DNA of 64,000 nt. Source: Halarcobacter sp. (lineage in GTDB: Bacteria > Campylobacterota > Campylobacteria > Campylobacterales > Arcobacteraceae). This document shows positions 40,823 through 50,878 of this stretch, in pieces; positions within the stretch are counted from its first letter, which is position 1, and each line of letters begins with the position of its first letter. The stretch spans positions 3,136,001 to 3,200,000 of the forward strand of contig OY781089.1 in assembly GCA_963676565.1 (NCBI GenBank), given 5' to 3'. A model generated the notes under the pieces. The model ran no database searches, was not told the origin of the DNA, and saw only the letters and a program-made list of their open reading frames with translations. The translations under genes were made by a program, and so were the position numbers.

Positions 40823-42280
40823 TTATAAATTTAATTGCGTAATTTTTTCTAAAACTTTCTTTTTTAGAACTTTAAATTCTAAATTAGATTTTTCACATTC
40901 AAAAATTAGATTATCAAGTTCATTATCCCTTTTCAAATAAGGAATTAGAATTTTCAATAAATCCAATCTATCTTTGGAAGACTTAATCAACTTACTTAAA
41001 GATGTTTCTTTTATTTTCTTTTTTGATTTTTGAAGTTTAACGTAAATATATAAACAAAATATTAATAAAATAGATAATGCTCCAAATAAAAAGTATTTAA
41101 TTTTTTCAATTAAAGGAAACTCTTTTTCTACAAGAACTTTTTCCTCTTTCTCAATAGGCTTTTGTAATATTTCATCTTTATGTTTTTTACCATTTACTTT
41201 AATTTTAAAACTTTTAGTTTTTAAAACTTTAACTTTGTTCTCTTCTTTATTGAAAAACTTCAATTCAAATGGGGGAATTTCAAGTGAAGTATTTGGAACT
41301 ATTGAAAATACTTTTGAGTATTTCCCTTGATATTTATCATCTTCAAATTTAGTTTCAATTTTTGCTTCATTATCATAAATTGTTGTATTTGGGATATCAA
41401 GTTTAAAATCTTCTATATCATCAAAATTTCCAAAACCAGTAATCTCTAGTCTGTAATTTATTGATTCCCCTAGATTTATTTCATTTTTATCAATAGTTAC
41501 ATTTAAAGTAAAATCACCAATTAAAGTTACATCATTGGGAAGAGCTTTTACATTCAAACTTAAACTGTTTGAATATATTTTTTTTAATTTTGGAGCTGAA
41601 CTAAAAAATGTAAAATTAGAAGAGCTTGTTGTATCAACCATTTGAACATCAACCCTCAAAGGTTTAATTTCTAAAGTCCCACTTTTTTGAGGGAATAAAA
41701 GAAAATCCAACTCTTGAACCATATATCCATTTTCTTCATATCTTTTATTTGAATTATCAATTTTTTTATACCAAAAGTTTTCAAAATGGGGTGGTTCAAA
41801 ACCTAAATTTGTTATTTTCAAACCCCTTTTATATTTAAAAGTTAATTTTACTATTAATGATTCACCAACATAAAGTTGCTTTTTAGAAGGTGCAATTGTT
41901 AAATCAAAATCATCGGAATTTGTTTTTTGAATCTTTCTTTCTATTACTTTTTTCTCTTCCGATTTAACTTCTTTATCATCTATTTTAAAAATAAAAGAAG
42001 GAATTGTAAAGTTTTTATTAGGGAATATTCTAAATCTTTTTAAAATCTTTTCATCATAATTACCATTTATTATTTGTAAAGACCTTGAGGTACCTAAATC
42101 TTCAACAATAAAACCATCAATTTGTTTAATCTCAGGAAAATCTACAGAACTTCCTACTGCTTCATATTCAAAAATATAAGATTCTCCATTTATAAAAGTA
42201 TCTGGAGCCTTAAGTGTTACACTCGCTTGTAAAAAAAATGGAAATAAAATAAATGAAAAAAAGAAAAAAAGCTTTTTCAT
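40823..42280 (-). CDS. BatD family protein
   Basis: Signal peptide, Ig-like repeats (LYVGE, FPQKSG, LIGDF), C-terminal TM. Confidence 0.8.
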   Translation of the reverse strand: MKKLFFFFSFILFPFFLQASVTLKAPDTFINGESYIFEYEAVGSSVDFPEIKQIDGFIVEDLGTSRSLQIINGNYDEKILKRFRIFPNKNFTIPSFIFKIDDKEVKSEEKKVIERKIQKTNSDDFDLTIAPSKKQLYVGESLIVKLTFKYKRGLKITNLGFEPPHFENFWYKKIDNSNKRYEENGYMVQELDFLLFPQKSGTLEIKPLRVDVQMVDTTSSSNFTFFSSAPKLKKIYSNSLSLNVKALPNDVTLIGDFTLNVTIDKNEINLGESINYRLEITGFGNFDDIEDFKLDIPNTTIYDNEAKIETKFEDDKYQGKYSKVFSIVPNTSLEIPPFELKFFNKEENKVKVLKTKSFKIKVNGKKHKDEILQKPIEKEEKVLVEKEFPLIEKIKYFLFGALSILLIFCLYIYVKLQKSKKKIKETSLSKLIKSSKDRLDLLKILIPYLKRDNELDNLIFECEKSNLEFKVLKKKVLEKITQLNL

Positions 42281-44400
42281 TAGAACTCCAATGTTCCCTC
42301 AATAGCAAAATTTGCTCTTGAATCTAATTCTGCATGGGATAAAACTGCTACTTGTAAACCAAATTTTTCATAAATTTCTGAAATTCTTTTTCTTAATAGT
42401 GGGTCTACAACCATAGCAACCTTACTAAACCCTTTTGCCTCAACTTGTTCTAACATCTCTTTTGTTTTTGTTACAAGACTATTTATCTCGGCAATTGATA
42501 ACATAAGTTGAGAAACTCCGTGCTGTTCTTGAAGCTTTCCAATAAATTGTTGTTCAATTTCAGGTTTTATTGTAATAATATGTAAGGTATTATCTGTATC
42601 TTTAAATCTAGCAGTAATAAGTCTATAAAGTTTACTTCTCACATGCTCTAAAAGAACATCAGGGGCCTTTGTAAACTCTGCAATATCTGCAATTGCTTCA
42701 ACAATAGTTAACATATCGACAATTGGTATTTTTTCATGGAGTAAATCTTTACAAACTTTTAATAAAGAGCCATAAGATGTAACTTTCATTGCTTCTTCTA
42801 CAACAATTGGGAAATCTTTTTTCAAGCCATCAATTATATCAACAATATCTTGTCTAGTAATAATATCTTCAGCATGTTTTTTTATAATTTCTGAGATATG
42901 TGTTGAAATAATTGTTGGAGCATCGACAACTGTAAAACCTTTCATTAAGGCATCCTCTTTTTGCTCCACGTCAATCCATGTAGCATCAAGATTAAATACA
43001 GGTTCTTTTACCCTTAAGCCTTTTAATTTTTCATTTCCTACTCCACCCATGGCAAGAAGTTTATTAATTTCAACTCTTCCTTTTGCAATGGGTATTCTTT
43101 TTAGATAAAGTTCATACTCATTTGGTGATAGATTAGGATCATCTGCAATTCTTATTTGTGGAATTATAAATCCAAGTTCAGATGCAATAGTTTTTCTAAT
43201 AGCTCTAATCTTATCGAGAAGTTCAGAATCCCCTTGAACAAGTTGTAATAGTCTGATACCCAGCTTTAATTCTAAAACTTCAAGCTTCATGATATTTTCC
43301 ATAACTTGTTTCTCATCAGGAGCGGCAGCTTTTCTCTTTTTCTCTTTTAAATCATTAATGTCTGCACTTGGTTCAATTTTAGATGTTGATTTAGTTGCTG
43401 GTTTTATTAATCTAGTAATTGCATTATCTTGATTATCTTCAACCATATAAATTGCGTATCCAATAAAGATTAAAAAAAGTCCCATTATCATCAAAATACC
43501 AGTTGGGAAACCTGGAACAAAACCAAAAAGAACCATACCAATTCCAACTAAAATTAATGATTTTGAATCTTTAACAAGTTGAGCAACTGATTGATTTGCA
43601 AATTTATCTTCATCCATATTAGAACGAGTAATAATAATGGCTGTTGCAGTTGAAAGAATAAGAGCTGGAATTTGTGCTACAAGTCCATCACCTATAGTTA
43701 GAATCGTATATATCTCACCACTCTCACTAACCGTCATGTCATGTTGAAAAAGACCAATTAAAAGTCCACCAATTAAGTTTACAAGAGTAATAATAATACC
43801 AGCAACTGCATCACCTTTTACAAACTTTGAAGACCCATCCATTGCCCCATAAAAATTTGCTTCAGTTATAAGCTCTTTTCTTCTTTGTTGTGCCTCTTTA
43901 TCATCAATAAATCCTGCATTTAAATCCGCATCAATTGCCATTTGTTTACCAGGCATAGAATCAAGAGTAAACCTTGCAGTAACCTCAGCAACCCTTGTGG
44001 CACCTTTTGTTACTACCATAAAGTTAATAAGTACAAGGATAATAAATACAATAATACCAATTACCATATTTCCACCAACAACAAAGTCTCCAAAGGCAGA
44101 AATTATAGAACTTACTGCTTCAGGACCATTATGTCCCTCACTTAAAATTGATCTTGTGGTTGCAATATTTAAAGATAACCTAAATAGGGCTAAAATAAGT
44201 ATTATTGTAGGGAAAGTTGTTAAATCTGCTGGTTTTTGAATATATAATGAAATAAGTAAAATAAGTAAAGACAAAGATAAAGAAACTATCAAAAAGAAAT
44301 CTAGTGCACCTTTTGGTAAAGGAACGATAATAATCGTTAATATAGACACAAAAAGTGCAACTACAAATAAATCTTTTGAAAAAAACCTTTTTAAATTCAT
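42280..44400 (-). CDS. flhA: Flagellar export protein FlhA
   Basis: RFTLDSMPGKQMAIDADL, FYGAMDGSSKFVKGDA. Confidence 0.97.
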   Translation of the reverse strand: MNLKRFFSKDLFVVALFVSILTIIIVPLPKGALDFFLIVSLSLSLLILLISLYIQKPADLTTFPTIILILALFRLSLNIATTRSILSEGHNGPEAVSSIISAFGDFVVGGNMVIGIIVFIILVLINFMVVTKGATRVAEVTARFTLDSMPGKQMAIDADLNAGFIDDKEAQQRRKELITEANFYGAMDGSSKFVKGDAVAGIIITLVNLIGGLLIGLFQHDMTVSESGEIYTILTIGDGLVAQIPALILSTATAIIITRSNMDEDKFANQSVAQLVKDSKSLILVGIGMVLFGFVPGFPTGILMIMGLFLIFIGYAIYMVEDNQDNAITRLIKPATKSTSKIEPSADINDLKEKKRKAAAPDEKQVMENIMKLEVLELKLGIRLLQLVQGDSELLDKIRAIRKTIASELGFIIPQIRIADDPNLSPNEYELYLKRIPIAKGRVEINKLLAMGGVGNEKLKGLRVKEPVFNLDATWIDVEQKEDALMKGFTVVDAPTIISTHISEIIKKHAEDIITRQDIVDIIDGLKKDFPIVVEEAMKVTSYGSLLKVCKDLLHEKIPIVDMLTIVEAIADIAEFTKAPDVLLEHVRSKLYRLITARFKDTDNTLHIITIKPEIEQQFIGKLQEQHGVSQLMLSIAEINSLVTKTKEMLEQVEAKGFSKVAMVVDPLLRKRISEIYEKFGLQVAVLSHAELDSRANFAIEGTLEF

Positions 44401-44416
44401 CTACTACTTTTTTATT

Positions 44417-45769
44417 CTATCTAACAAAATTAACTAAAGATAATTCATTCATCTTGTTTATTGTTGAATAAAGTGCAGTGTATGTTAACTCCAATGCTTT
44501 TGCTTCAACAGCTACCTTTGATAAATCAGCAGCTCCAACTTCTTGAGATAATATATTATATTGAGTAACTTTTGCAGAAACTCTTTCAAGTGAAATGTCA
44601 AAAACTTGATTTCTTCCACCAAGTTTTCCATGGGCAATATTCATACCATCATAAGCTTCACCAATCTCATCTAAACCATTTTGTAAAGTTGCTCTTGCAA
44701 CATCATCTTCAATTGGATTACCATCAGAATCAAGTTTTTTAAGAGCATTAATTATAGAATCCATTGTATCAAAAATATTTTCTTTTGCTTCAAATTTTGT
44801 TCCATCTACATTTGGAGCAATTACAGTAAAAGCATCAGGTGAACTACCAGATATAGTTAGAGTTTCACCACTTACATCTCCATTTGGCTTATATTCTACT
44901 AATTGTATTGTTGAAAAACTACTTATTGTACTTGAAGATGTAGTTGTTGCTGGTAAGTTTATAGAATAAGGATCAGACTCTGTTCCTGTTCCTGAAATAT
45001 TACCTGAAGCTATTGTATCGCCATTATCATTGACAAGTTCTCCAGAACCATTGATATTCCAAACAGTACCATTATTATCAATTACAGATTGTCCAGAAGT
45101 AAATGTTAATGCTCCACTTGTAACTTCAGAAGAAGTTTCAAGTTTCCACTCATCACCATCTTGATCAACAATTCTTTGATTTTCTGTAAACTCTAGGGTA
45201 TCACCTTTATAAGCACTACTTGTTGAATAGAAAAAAGCTTCAAAACCATTTACACCTCTTTCTCTATATTCACCATCTTCAACAGCTACTTTTCTTAATA
45301 GTGCATCGCCATTATATGTTACTTTTCCAGTAGATTCGTCCATTGAAAAAGCTTGAACTGAAGAATCAGAACCAGCAAATAAATATTCACCCTCAACCTC
45401 TTCATTTGCTAACATGTATAAGTTTTGTTTTACACCTTCTAAGTTTGTAGCTATGGCAAGTCTTGCAGTGTCGTCGGTTGTTGCATTTAAAGCTTTAATA
45501 ACCTCTGTTTTTGTATAAGAAACTAAATCTTTTGCATCTGCAAGTGTTGAATCACTTGAGTTATTTTGCGCAGTTGTTTTTTCAATTTGGAATTTTAAGC
45601 CCTCATACATTCTGATTTTATCATCAATGTAAACTTCCCTTGAATAGATATTAGCATCATCACTACCGTCTTGAAGTTTTTTACCAGTACTCATCTGATA
45701 ACTAATTCTCTGTTGTTCATTGTTAAGATTATCCAATCTATACATTGTCGTTTGTGTTGACCTTATCAT
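44417..45769 (-). CDS. flgL: Flagellar hook-filament junction protein
   Basis: STGKK, YLFAG, YNGD, C-terminal LSLVNFV. Confidence 0.88.
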   Translation of the reverse strand: MIRSTQTTMYRLDNLNNEQQRISYQMSTGKKLQDGSDDANIYSREVYIDDKIRMYEGLKFQIEKTTAQNNSSDSTLADAKDLVSYTKTEVIKALNATTDDTARLAIATNLEGVKQNLYMLANEEVEGEYLFAGSDSSVQAFSMDESTGKVTYNGDALLRKVAVEDGEYRERGVNGFEAFFYSTSSAYKGDTLEFTENQRIVDQDGDEWKLETSSEVTSGALTFTSGQSVIDNNGTVWNINGSGELVNDNGDTIASGNISGTGTESDPYSINLPATTTSSSTISSFSTIQLVEYKPNGDVSGETLTISGSSPDAFTVIAPNVDGTKFEAKENIFDTMDSIINALKKLDSDGNPIEDDVARATLQNGLDEIGEAYDGMNIAHGKLGGRNQVFDISLERVSAKVTQYNILSQEVGAADLSKVAVEAKALELTYTALYSTINKMNELSLVNFVR

Positions 45770-47073
45770 TTGAATACCTCCTTAAACTTGTGTACTATCT
45801 CATTAAAATTATACTGTTCTTTCATACTTTGTGTCAAGAAATCTCTAACTTTATCTTTTCTAGCCAATGCATCATCTAGCTCAGGGTCCATTCCTGCTTT
45901 ATATGCTCCAACTCTAACTAGAACTTCATTCTCTTTTATTAGTGATAATATCCTTTTTAGCTTTAAAAAGTCATTATAATGGTCATCACTAACAACTTTG
46001 TCCATTACCCTTGACGCTGATTTTAGAATATTTATAGGTGGATAAAAACCTTGTTCGGTTAAATCTCTTGTTAATACAATATGTCCATCTAAAATAGACC
46101 TACTTTGATCTGCAATTGGATCATTCATATCATCACCATCAACTAAAACTGTAAAAAATGCAGTAATTGAACCCTTTGCATTATTTCCTGCACGCTCCAT
46201 TAATTGGGGTAAAAGTGCAAAAACTGAAGGTGGATATCCACGGCTAACTGGTGGTTCACCGGTACTTAATCCAATTTCCCTTTGTGCCATTGCAAATCTT
46301 GTTACAGAATCCATCATTAAAAGTACATCATGCCCTTTATCCCTAAAAAACTCAGCAATTGCCATTGCTGTAAAGGCACCATATTTTCTCATTAAGGCTG
46401 ATTCATCTGAAGTTGCAGCAACAATAATTGTATTTTCCAAATCATCATTTAGATTATAGTGTATAAACTCAGGGATTTCACGTCCCCTTTCACCAATTAA
46501 TGCTACAACTTTTATCTGTGCTTCACAACCTTTTACAATCATACCCATTAAAGTTGATTTACCAACACCAGAACCTGCAAAAATTCCAACTTTTTGTCCC
46601 TTCCCTGATGTTAACATTGAATCAATTGGTTTAACTCCTGTTGAGAATCTTTTATCAATAATTCCCCTCTCAAGTGCAGGCATTGAGACTTTATTTATTG
46701 CTGAGCTTTCTTCAAGATTTGTAATTTTACCTTTATCATCAATTGGTTCACCTAGTGCATTTACAACACGACCTAATAAACCATATCCACTTTTAACAGA
46801 TAAACCCTCTTTTTGTAAATAAACCTTATCATGAATTCTAAAACCATCAATAAAAGAAAAAGGTACAATTGTGAAATCTGATGATTCAATTGAAGCTACC
46901 ATTCCTAAAACAGTATAAAGATGTGCTTGAGACTCAATTTTTACAATATCACCAACAGCAACTTCTATACCTGTTGCCTTTATTGTAGTTGTTGAGATAT
47001 GTTTAATTCTACCAAAAGGTATTGATAAATCTTTTGTTTCAATACTATTTAAAAGTGACTCAATATCTACCAT
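45766..47073 (-). CDS. fliI: Flagellar export ATPase
   Basis: AGSGVGKS, GERGRE, DSVTRFA. Confidence 0.97.
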   Translation of the reverse strand: MVDIESLLNSIETKDLSIPFGRIKHISTTTIKATGIEVAVGDIVKIESQAHLYTVLGMVASIESSDFTIVPFSFIDGFRIHDKVYLQKEGLSVKSGYGLLGRVVNALGEPIDDKGKITNLEESSAINKVSMPALERGIIDKRFSTGVKPIDSMLTSGKGQKVGIFAGSGVGKSTLMGMIVKGCEAQIKVVALIGERGREIPEFIHYNLNDDLENTIIVAATSDESALMRKYGAFTAMAIAEFFRDKGHDVLLMMDSVTRFAMAQREIGLSTGEPPVSRGYPPSVFALLPQLMERAGNNAKGSITAFFTVLVDGDDMNDPIADQSRSILDGHIVLTRDLTEQGFYPPINILKSASRVMDKVVSDDHYNDFLKLKRILSLIKENEVLVRVGAYKAGMDPELDDALARKDKVRDFLTQSMKEQYNFNEIVHKFKEVFK

Positions 47074-49067
47074 TACATCTCATCACACATTTTTTTATAA
47101 AGACTATCTTTTGTATTTTCAATATCCTTACACTTATTAATATATTCATCTTTTTTAATGTTATTATCAAATTCTTCATATAATTTTATAATAGAATAAT
47201 ATGTTTGTGCAAGGTCATTTGGTTTTATCCTTCTTGCATTTTCAATTGATTTTAAAAGTAAGTCTAAAGCTTTTTTGTTGTTATTATTGGTTTGTTCAAT
47301 TTTTGATAATTCTAACTCAACAAATGGAGAATAAACATAAGCTTTTAAAGCATTTTGTTTATCATAAAGCTTTATTAATATCTCTTTTGCCTTTTCTTTC
47401 ATATCTTTTTTTATAAGATATAAATAATAGTTGTAATAAAAATCAATAATCATTGGATTATCTCTATTATCTTCTATAAAATCTTCATTTTTTGAAGCAA
47501 AATTAAAATACCTATCAAGAGCAACAGAATCATTTTTTTGCTTTAAAAGTAAAAACTTATATAAAAACTCTTTACTTAAAACTTTTTTATCATCTACCAT
47601 TTCAACTTTATTTGAATAATTTTCTGCTTCCTCAAAATCCCTTAATGAAATAGCCATTCTTTCTAAGTATAAATATATGTTTGCATCTCTTGTTGAATTA
47701 AAAGTATCTTTTATAAGTAAAAAAGATTTTTCAGAAGGAGCTTCAACCATACACTCAAAAAACTTATATTTTAACTCTTCATCTTTTATTAAAAGTTCTA
47801 GAGTCTCATTTCTTGATGTTTCTAAAGCATCTTTTAGTAAAAAACATTTACCTGTTCTTAGATAGTTTTTTATCATCTCAATATTAACTTCATCAAAAAT
47901 TGCATTTACAGAATCATAACCAAACCTATTTGCTATTGTATTTGATATTTTTCTGTACACTTTTTTCGATTTTAAAATAAGCTCATATTTTTTTTTGGCT
48001 TTATCATTAAGCAACTCTTGTAATAAAACTTTTTGTTGCATAGCTTCAGAAGATTGATATTTCGTTGCTAAAACAGCAGGTTCTATTTTCCCTTCTCTCA
48101 TGACAATTTCATCAAGATACATTTTTGACTTTTCAAAATATATCCCATCGGGAAAATCATTTATAATATCTTTATACAATTCTTTTGCCTTTAAAAGATA
48201 TTTATCAGTTCTATCATACATACTCATGTAAGTGTCTGCAAGTTTAAACTTAAAATCTTCAATTGATGAGGGTTTATTAGTTCTTTGTAAAAGCTCTTCT
48301 AAAATCTCAACTGCAAATTCAGGCATACCAACCTTAGTAAGTCTATTTACTTTTTCTAAAGCAAGATAGGAGTCATCTGCGTAATAATCCATATTTTTTT
48401 GAAGAACTTTTGAGATTAACTCATAAGCTTTTTCTCTTTTTCCATCTAAAATATATACATCAAATAGCTCATCTGCAACAATTGTAGCAACTAAAACATC
48501 AGTTGTTTCAGTTAAAATCTTGTATAAAATATTGATTGCTTTTCCATAATCCCTTTGATGTTTATAGATTTTTGCTAAATAGATTTTTCCATAAGCTTTT
48601 GTAACAGGATTATTAAAATTGTTTATAATAATATTTGCAAAATATATTGCATCTTTTGATTTGTTTGTATTTAGTTTTAATTCAATTAAAACCATATAAG
48701 CTCTTGCTAAATCCTCTTCGTAAATTTTTGAGTCATTAATTGCTTGCTCTAACTCTTTTGAAGCTTCTAATATTAATCTTTTTGTTTTCTTTTTTAATGC
48801 AAGTTCTGAATATACTACAATAAGTGCAGAATCTAATATTTTAATTGTATTTTGCCCTTTAAAGGCTTCAATTTGAGTATAAGCTTCATCAATTTTACCC
48901 TCTTTTGCAAGTTGTCTTGCATGGTTAATAATCTCGAAGCCATCTGATATTGCGCGTTTTCTTCTCTGAGAAATTTGCTCCCCTGAAGAATCAATAAAAC
49001 CATAATAAAAATCTTTTTTTGCAAATAATGTTGAAAATAACAAAATAAATATTATTAGTAACTTCAA
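47073..49067 (-). CDS. Periplasmic TPR protein, possibly PflA-like
   Basis: Signal peptide, TPR-like helices, flagellar context. Confidence 0.6.
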   Translation of the reverse strand: MKLLIIFILLFSTLFAKKDFYYGFIDSSGEQISQRRKRAISDGFEIINHARQLAKEGKIDEAYTQIEAFKGQNTIKILDSALIVVYSELALKKKTKRLILEASKELEQAINDSKIYEEDLARAYMVLIELKLNTNKSKDAIYFANIIINNFNNPVTKAYGKIYLAKIYKHQRDYGKAINILYKILTETTDVLVATIVADELFDVYILDGKREKAYELISKVLQKNMDYYADDSYLALEKVNRLTKVGMPEFAVEILEELLQRTNKPSSIEDFKFKLADTYMSMYDRTDKYLLKAKELYKDIINDFPDGIYFEKSKMYLDEIVMREGKIEPAVLATKYQSSEAMQQKVLLQELLNDKAKKKYELILKSKKVYRKISNTIANRFGYDSVNAIFDEVNIEMIKNYLRTGKCFLLKDALETSRNETLELLIKDEELKYKFFECMVEAPSEKSFLLIKDTFNSTRDANIYLYLERMAISLRDFEEAENYSNKVEMVDDKKVLSKEFLYKFLLLKQKNDSVALDRYFNFASKNEDFIEDNRDNPMIIDFYYNYYLYLIKKDMKEKAKEILIKLYDKQNALKAYVYSPFVELELSKIEQTNNNNKKALDLLLKSIENARRIKPNDLAQTYYSIIKLYEEFDNNIKKDEYINKCKDIENTKDSLYKKMCDEM

Positions 49068-49070
49068 ACT

Positions 49071-50129
49071 TTACCTTCTTTTTTTATTCTTTAACTCATA
49101 TACATATGAAAATATCTCAGCCATGGCTTTATAAAATTCACTAGGTATTTCTTGATCTATTTCTATTTGTGAATAAATAGATCTTGCCAATGAGGGATTT
49201 TCAATAATTGGGATATTATTTTCCCTTGCTATATCTTTTATTTTTAAAGCAATAAAATCTATCCCTTTAGCAACAACTTTTGGTGCATTATCTACTTTAT
49301 TATCATATTTCAATGCAACAGCATAATGTGTAGGGTTTGTTATTACAACATCAGCATCAGGTACATCAGACATCATTCTTTTCATTGCCATTTGCATCTG
49401 AATTTTACGGATTCGCCCTTTTACTTGAGGGTCCCCTTCCATATTTTTATACTCATCTTTTATCTCTTGTTTACTCATTCTAAGAGACTTAAAATAGTAA
49501 TACCTTGTGAAATAAAAATCTATTATAGCAAAAATAATTATAATTAAAAGTATGGCTGCAAGGAAATAAACTACCAATTCAACAATTGAATTAATGGTAT
49601 TCATTAACTCCTTATCCATCATTGCTAAAAATGATTTATATGTAAACATCAAAACAATAAACATCACTATTACAATAATAGTAAGTTTTAATGTCAACTT
49701 TAAAGCCTCCAATGCTTTTTTTAAACCAAAAATATTTTTTAAACCTTTTATGGGATCAAGTTTTTGTAAATCAAATTTCAAAGGAGTTACTAAAAAACCA
49801 AATTGTGCCCAGTTTGTTATAAGCGCAAGCAAAATCACTAAAGTAAAAATAGGTAATAATGTCTGTATAACTGTAATTACAGTAGTGTAGCCAATTGAAT
49901 AAAATGCATTTCCTGTTAATTCTTGACCAATAAAATTGTATGTGTATATCATTAATTTTCTAATTGCATCAACTGCTGACCCAGAAAAAAATAATAAATA
50001 AACTGAACCAAAAAGTAAGATAGCTGCCCCTGTAACTTCCATAGATTTAGGGACATTACCTTCTTTTTGGGCATCTTCAATTTTTTTGGAGGTGGGTTCT
50101 TCGGTTTTCTCTTCTTCTTCGCCAGCCAT
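49071..50129 (-). CDS. flhB: Flagellar export protein FlhB
   Basis: EKTEEPT, NPTH autocleavage motif. Confidence 0.97.
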   Translation of the reverse strand: MAGEEEEKTEEPTSKKIEDAQKEGNVPKSMEVTGAAILLFGSVYLLFFSGSAVDAIRKLMIYTYNFIGQELTGNAFYSIGYTTVITVIQTLLPIFTLVILLALITNWAQFGFLVTPLKFDLQKLDPIKGLKNIFGLKKALEALKLTLKLTIIVIVMFIVLMFTYKSFLAMMDKELMNTINSIVELVVYFLAAILLIIIIFAIIDFYFTRYYYFKSLRMSKQEIKDEYKNMEGDPQVKGRIRKIQMQMAMKRMMSDVPDADVVITNPTHYAVALKYDNKVDNAPKVVAKGIDFIALKIKDIARENNIPIIENPSLARSIYSQIEIDQEIPSEFYKAMAEIFSYVYELKNKKRR

Positions 50130-50878
50130 TACTCAAACTTTGTTATAAGATAATTTGTAAAGCTATCTGCAAATACTTCCATTGCAAGTATTAAGAATAC
50201 AAATATTAATGCAAATTTTAGCTGAAATGTGATTACAAATGGTGAAAATGCAGGCATTGACTTTGTTCCATAACCATAATATATATCCATAATAAAACCA
50301 ATAAAAAATAAAGGTAAGGCAAAGGCAAAGGCAAAGGCAAACATCCTTTTAATCTCATCAATTGCTATTTGAATACCATCATAAGAGAAAATATCAAATG
50401 AACCTAAATGGATAATAGAAAAGCTTTTTGATAAGATTACAATTGTCATCTCATACATACCTGTTTCAAAAAAAAGCATCAAAGCAACCCAATATAAAAG
50501 TCTACTAATTAAACCTTCATTTGAACCAGTTGCAGGGTCAAACATACTTGCCATAGACAAAGCAGTTGAATAACCTACAAAATCTCCAATAATTCTTACA
50601 GAAGCAAAAACAACATTTAAAAACATTGCAGCAATTAAACCTAATGTAATCTCAGTTACAATTGCACCTAGAAATGCTTCTTGAGTAAAAACACCTTGTA
50701 AATTAACTATTGGATATAAAAAAATTGTAATATAAAAAGCTATCCCAACTCTAATTGTTGCAGAGATTGAAGTATGTCCAAAAATTGGCATAAAGGCACA
50801 AAAAGCTAAAATTCTCGCAAAGAGAAGTAAAAAAGAATAAAGAGTTTGCTCATTGAGCAATGATATTAACTCTAACAT
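50129..50878 (-). CDS. fliR: Flagellar export protein FliR
   Basis: Hydrophobic, FMPIFG, MFDP, adjacent to flhB. Confidence 0.9.
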   Translation of the reverse strand: MLELISLLNEQTLYSFLLLFARILAFCAFMPIFGHTSISATIRVGIAFYITIFLYPIVNLQGVFTQEAFLGAIVTEITLGLIAAMFLNVVFASVRIIGDFVGYSTALSMASMFDPATGSNEGLISRLLYWVALMLFFETGMYEMTIVILSKSFSIIHLGSFDIFSYDGIQIAIDEIKRMFAFAFAFALPLFFIGFIMDIYYGYGTKSMPAFSPFVITFQLKFALIFVFLILAMEVFADSFTNYLITKFE

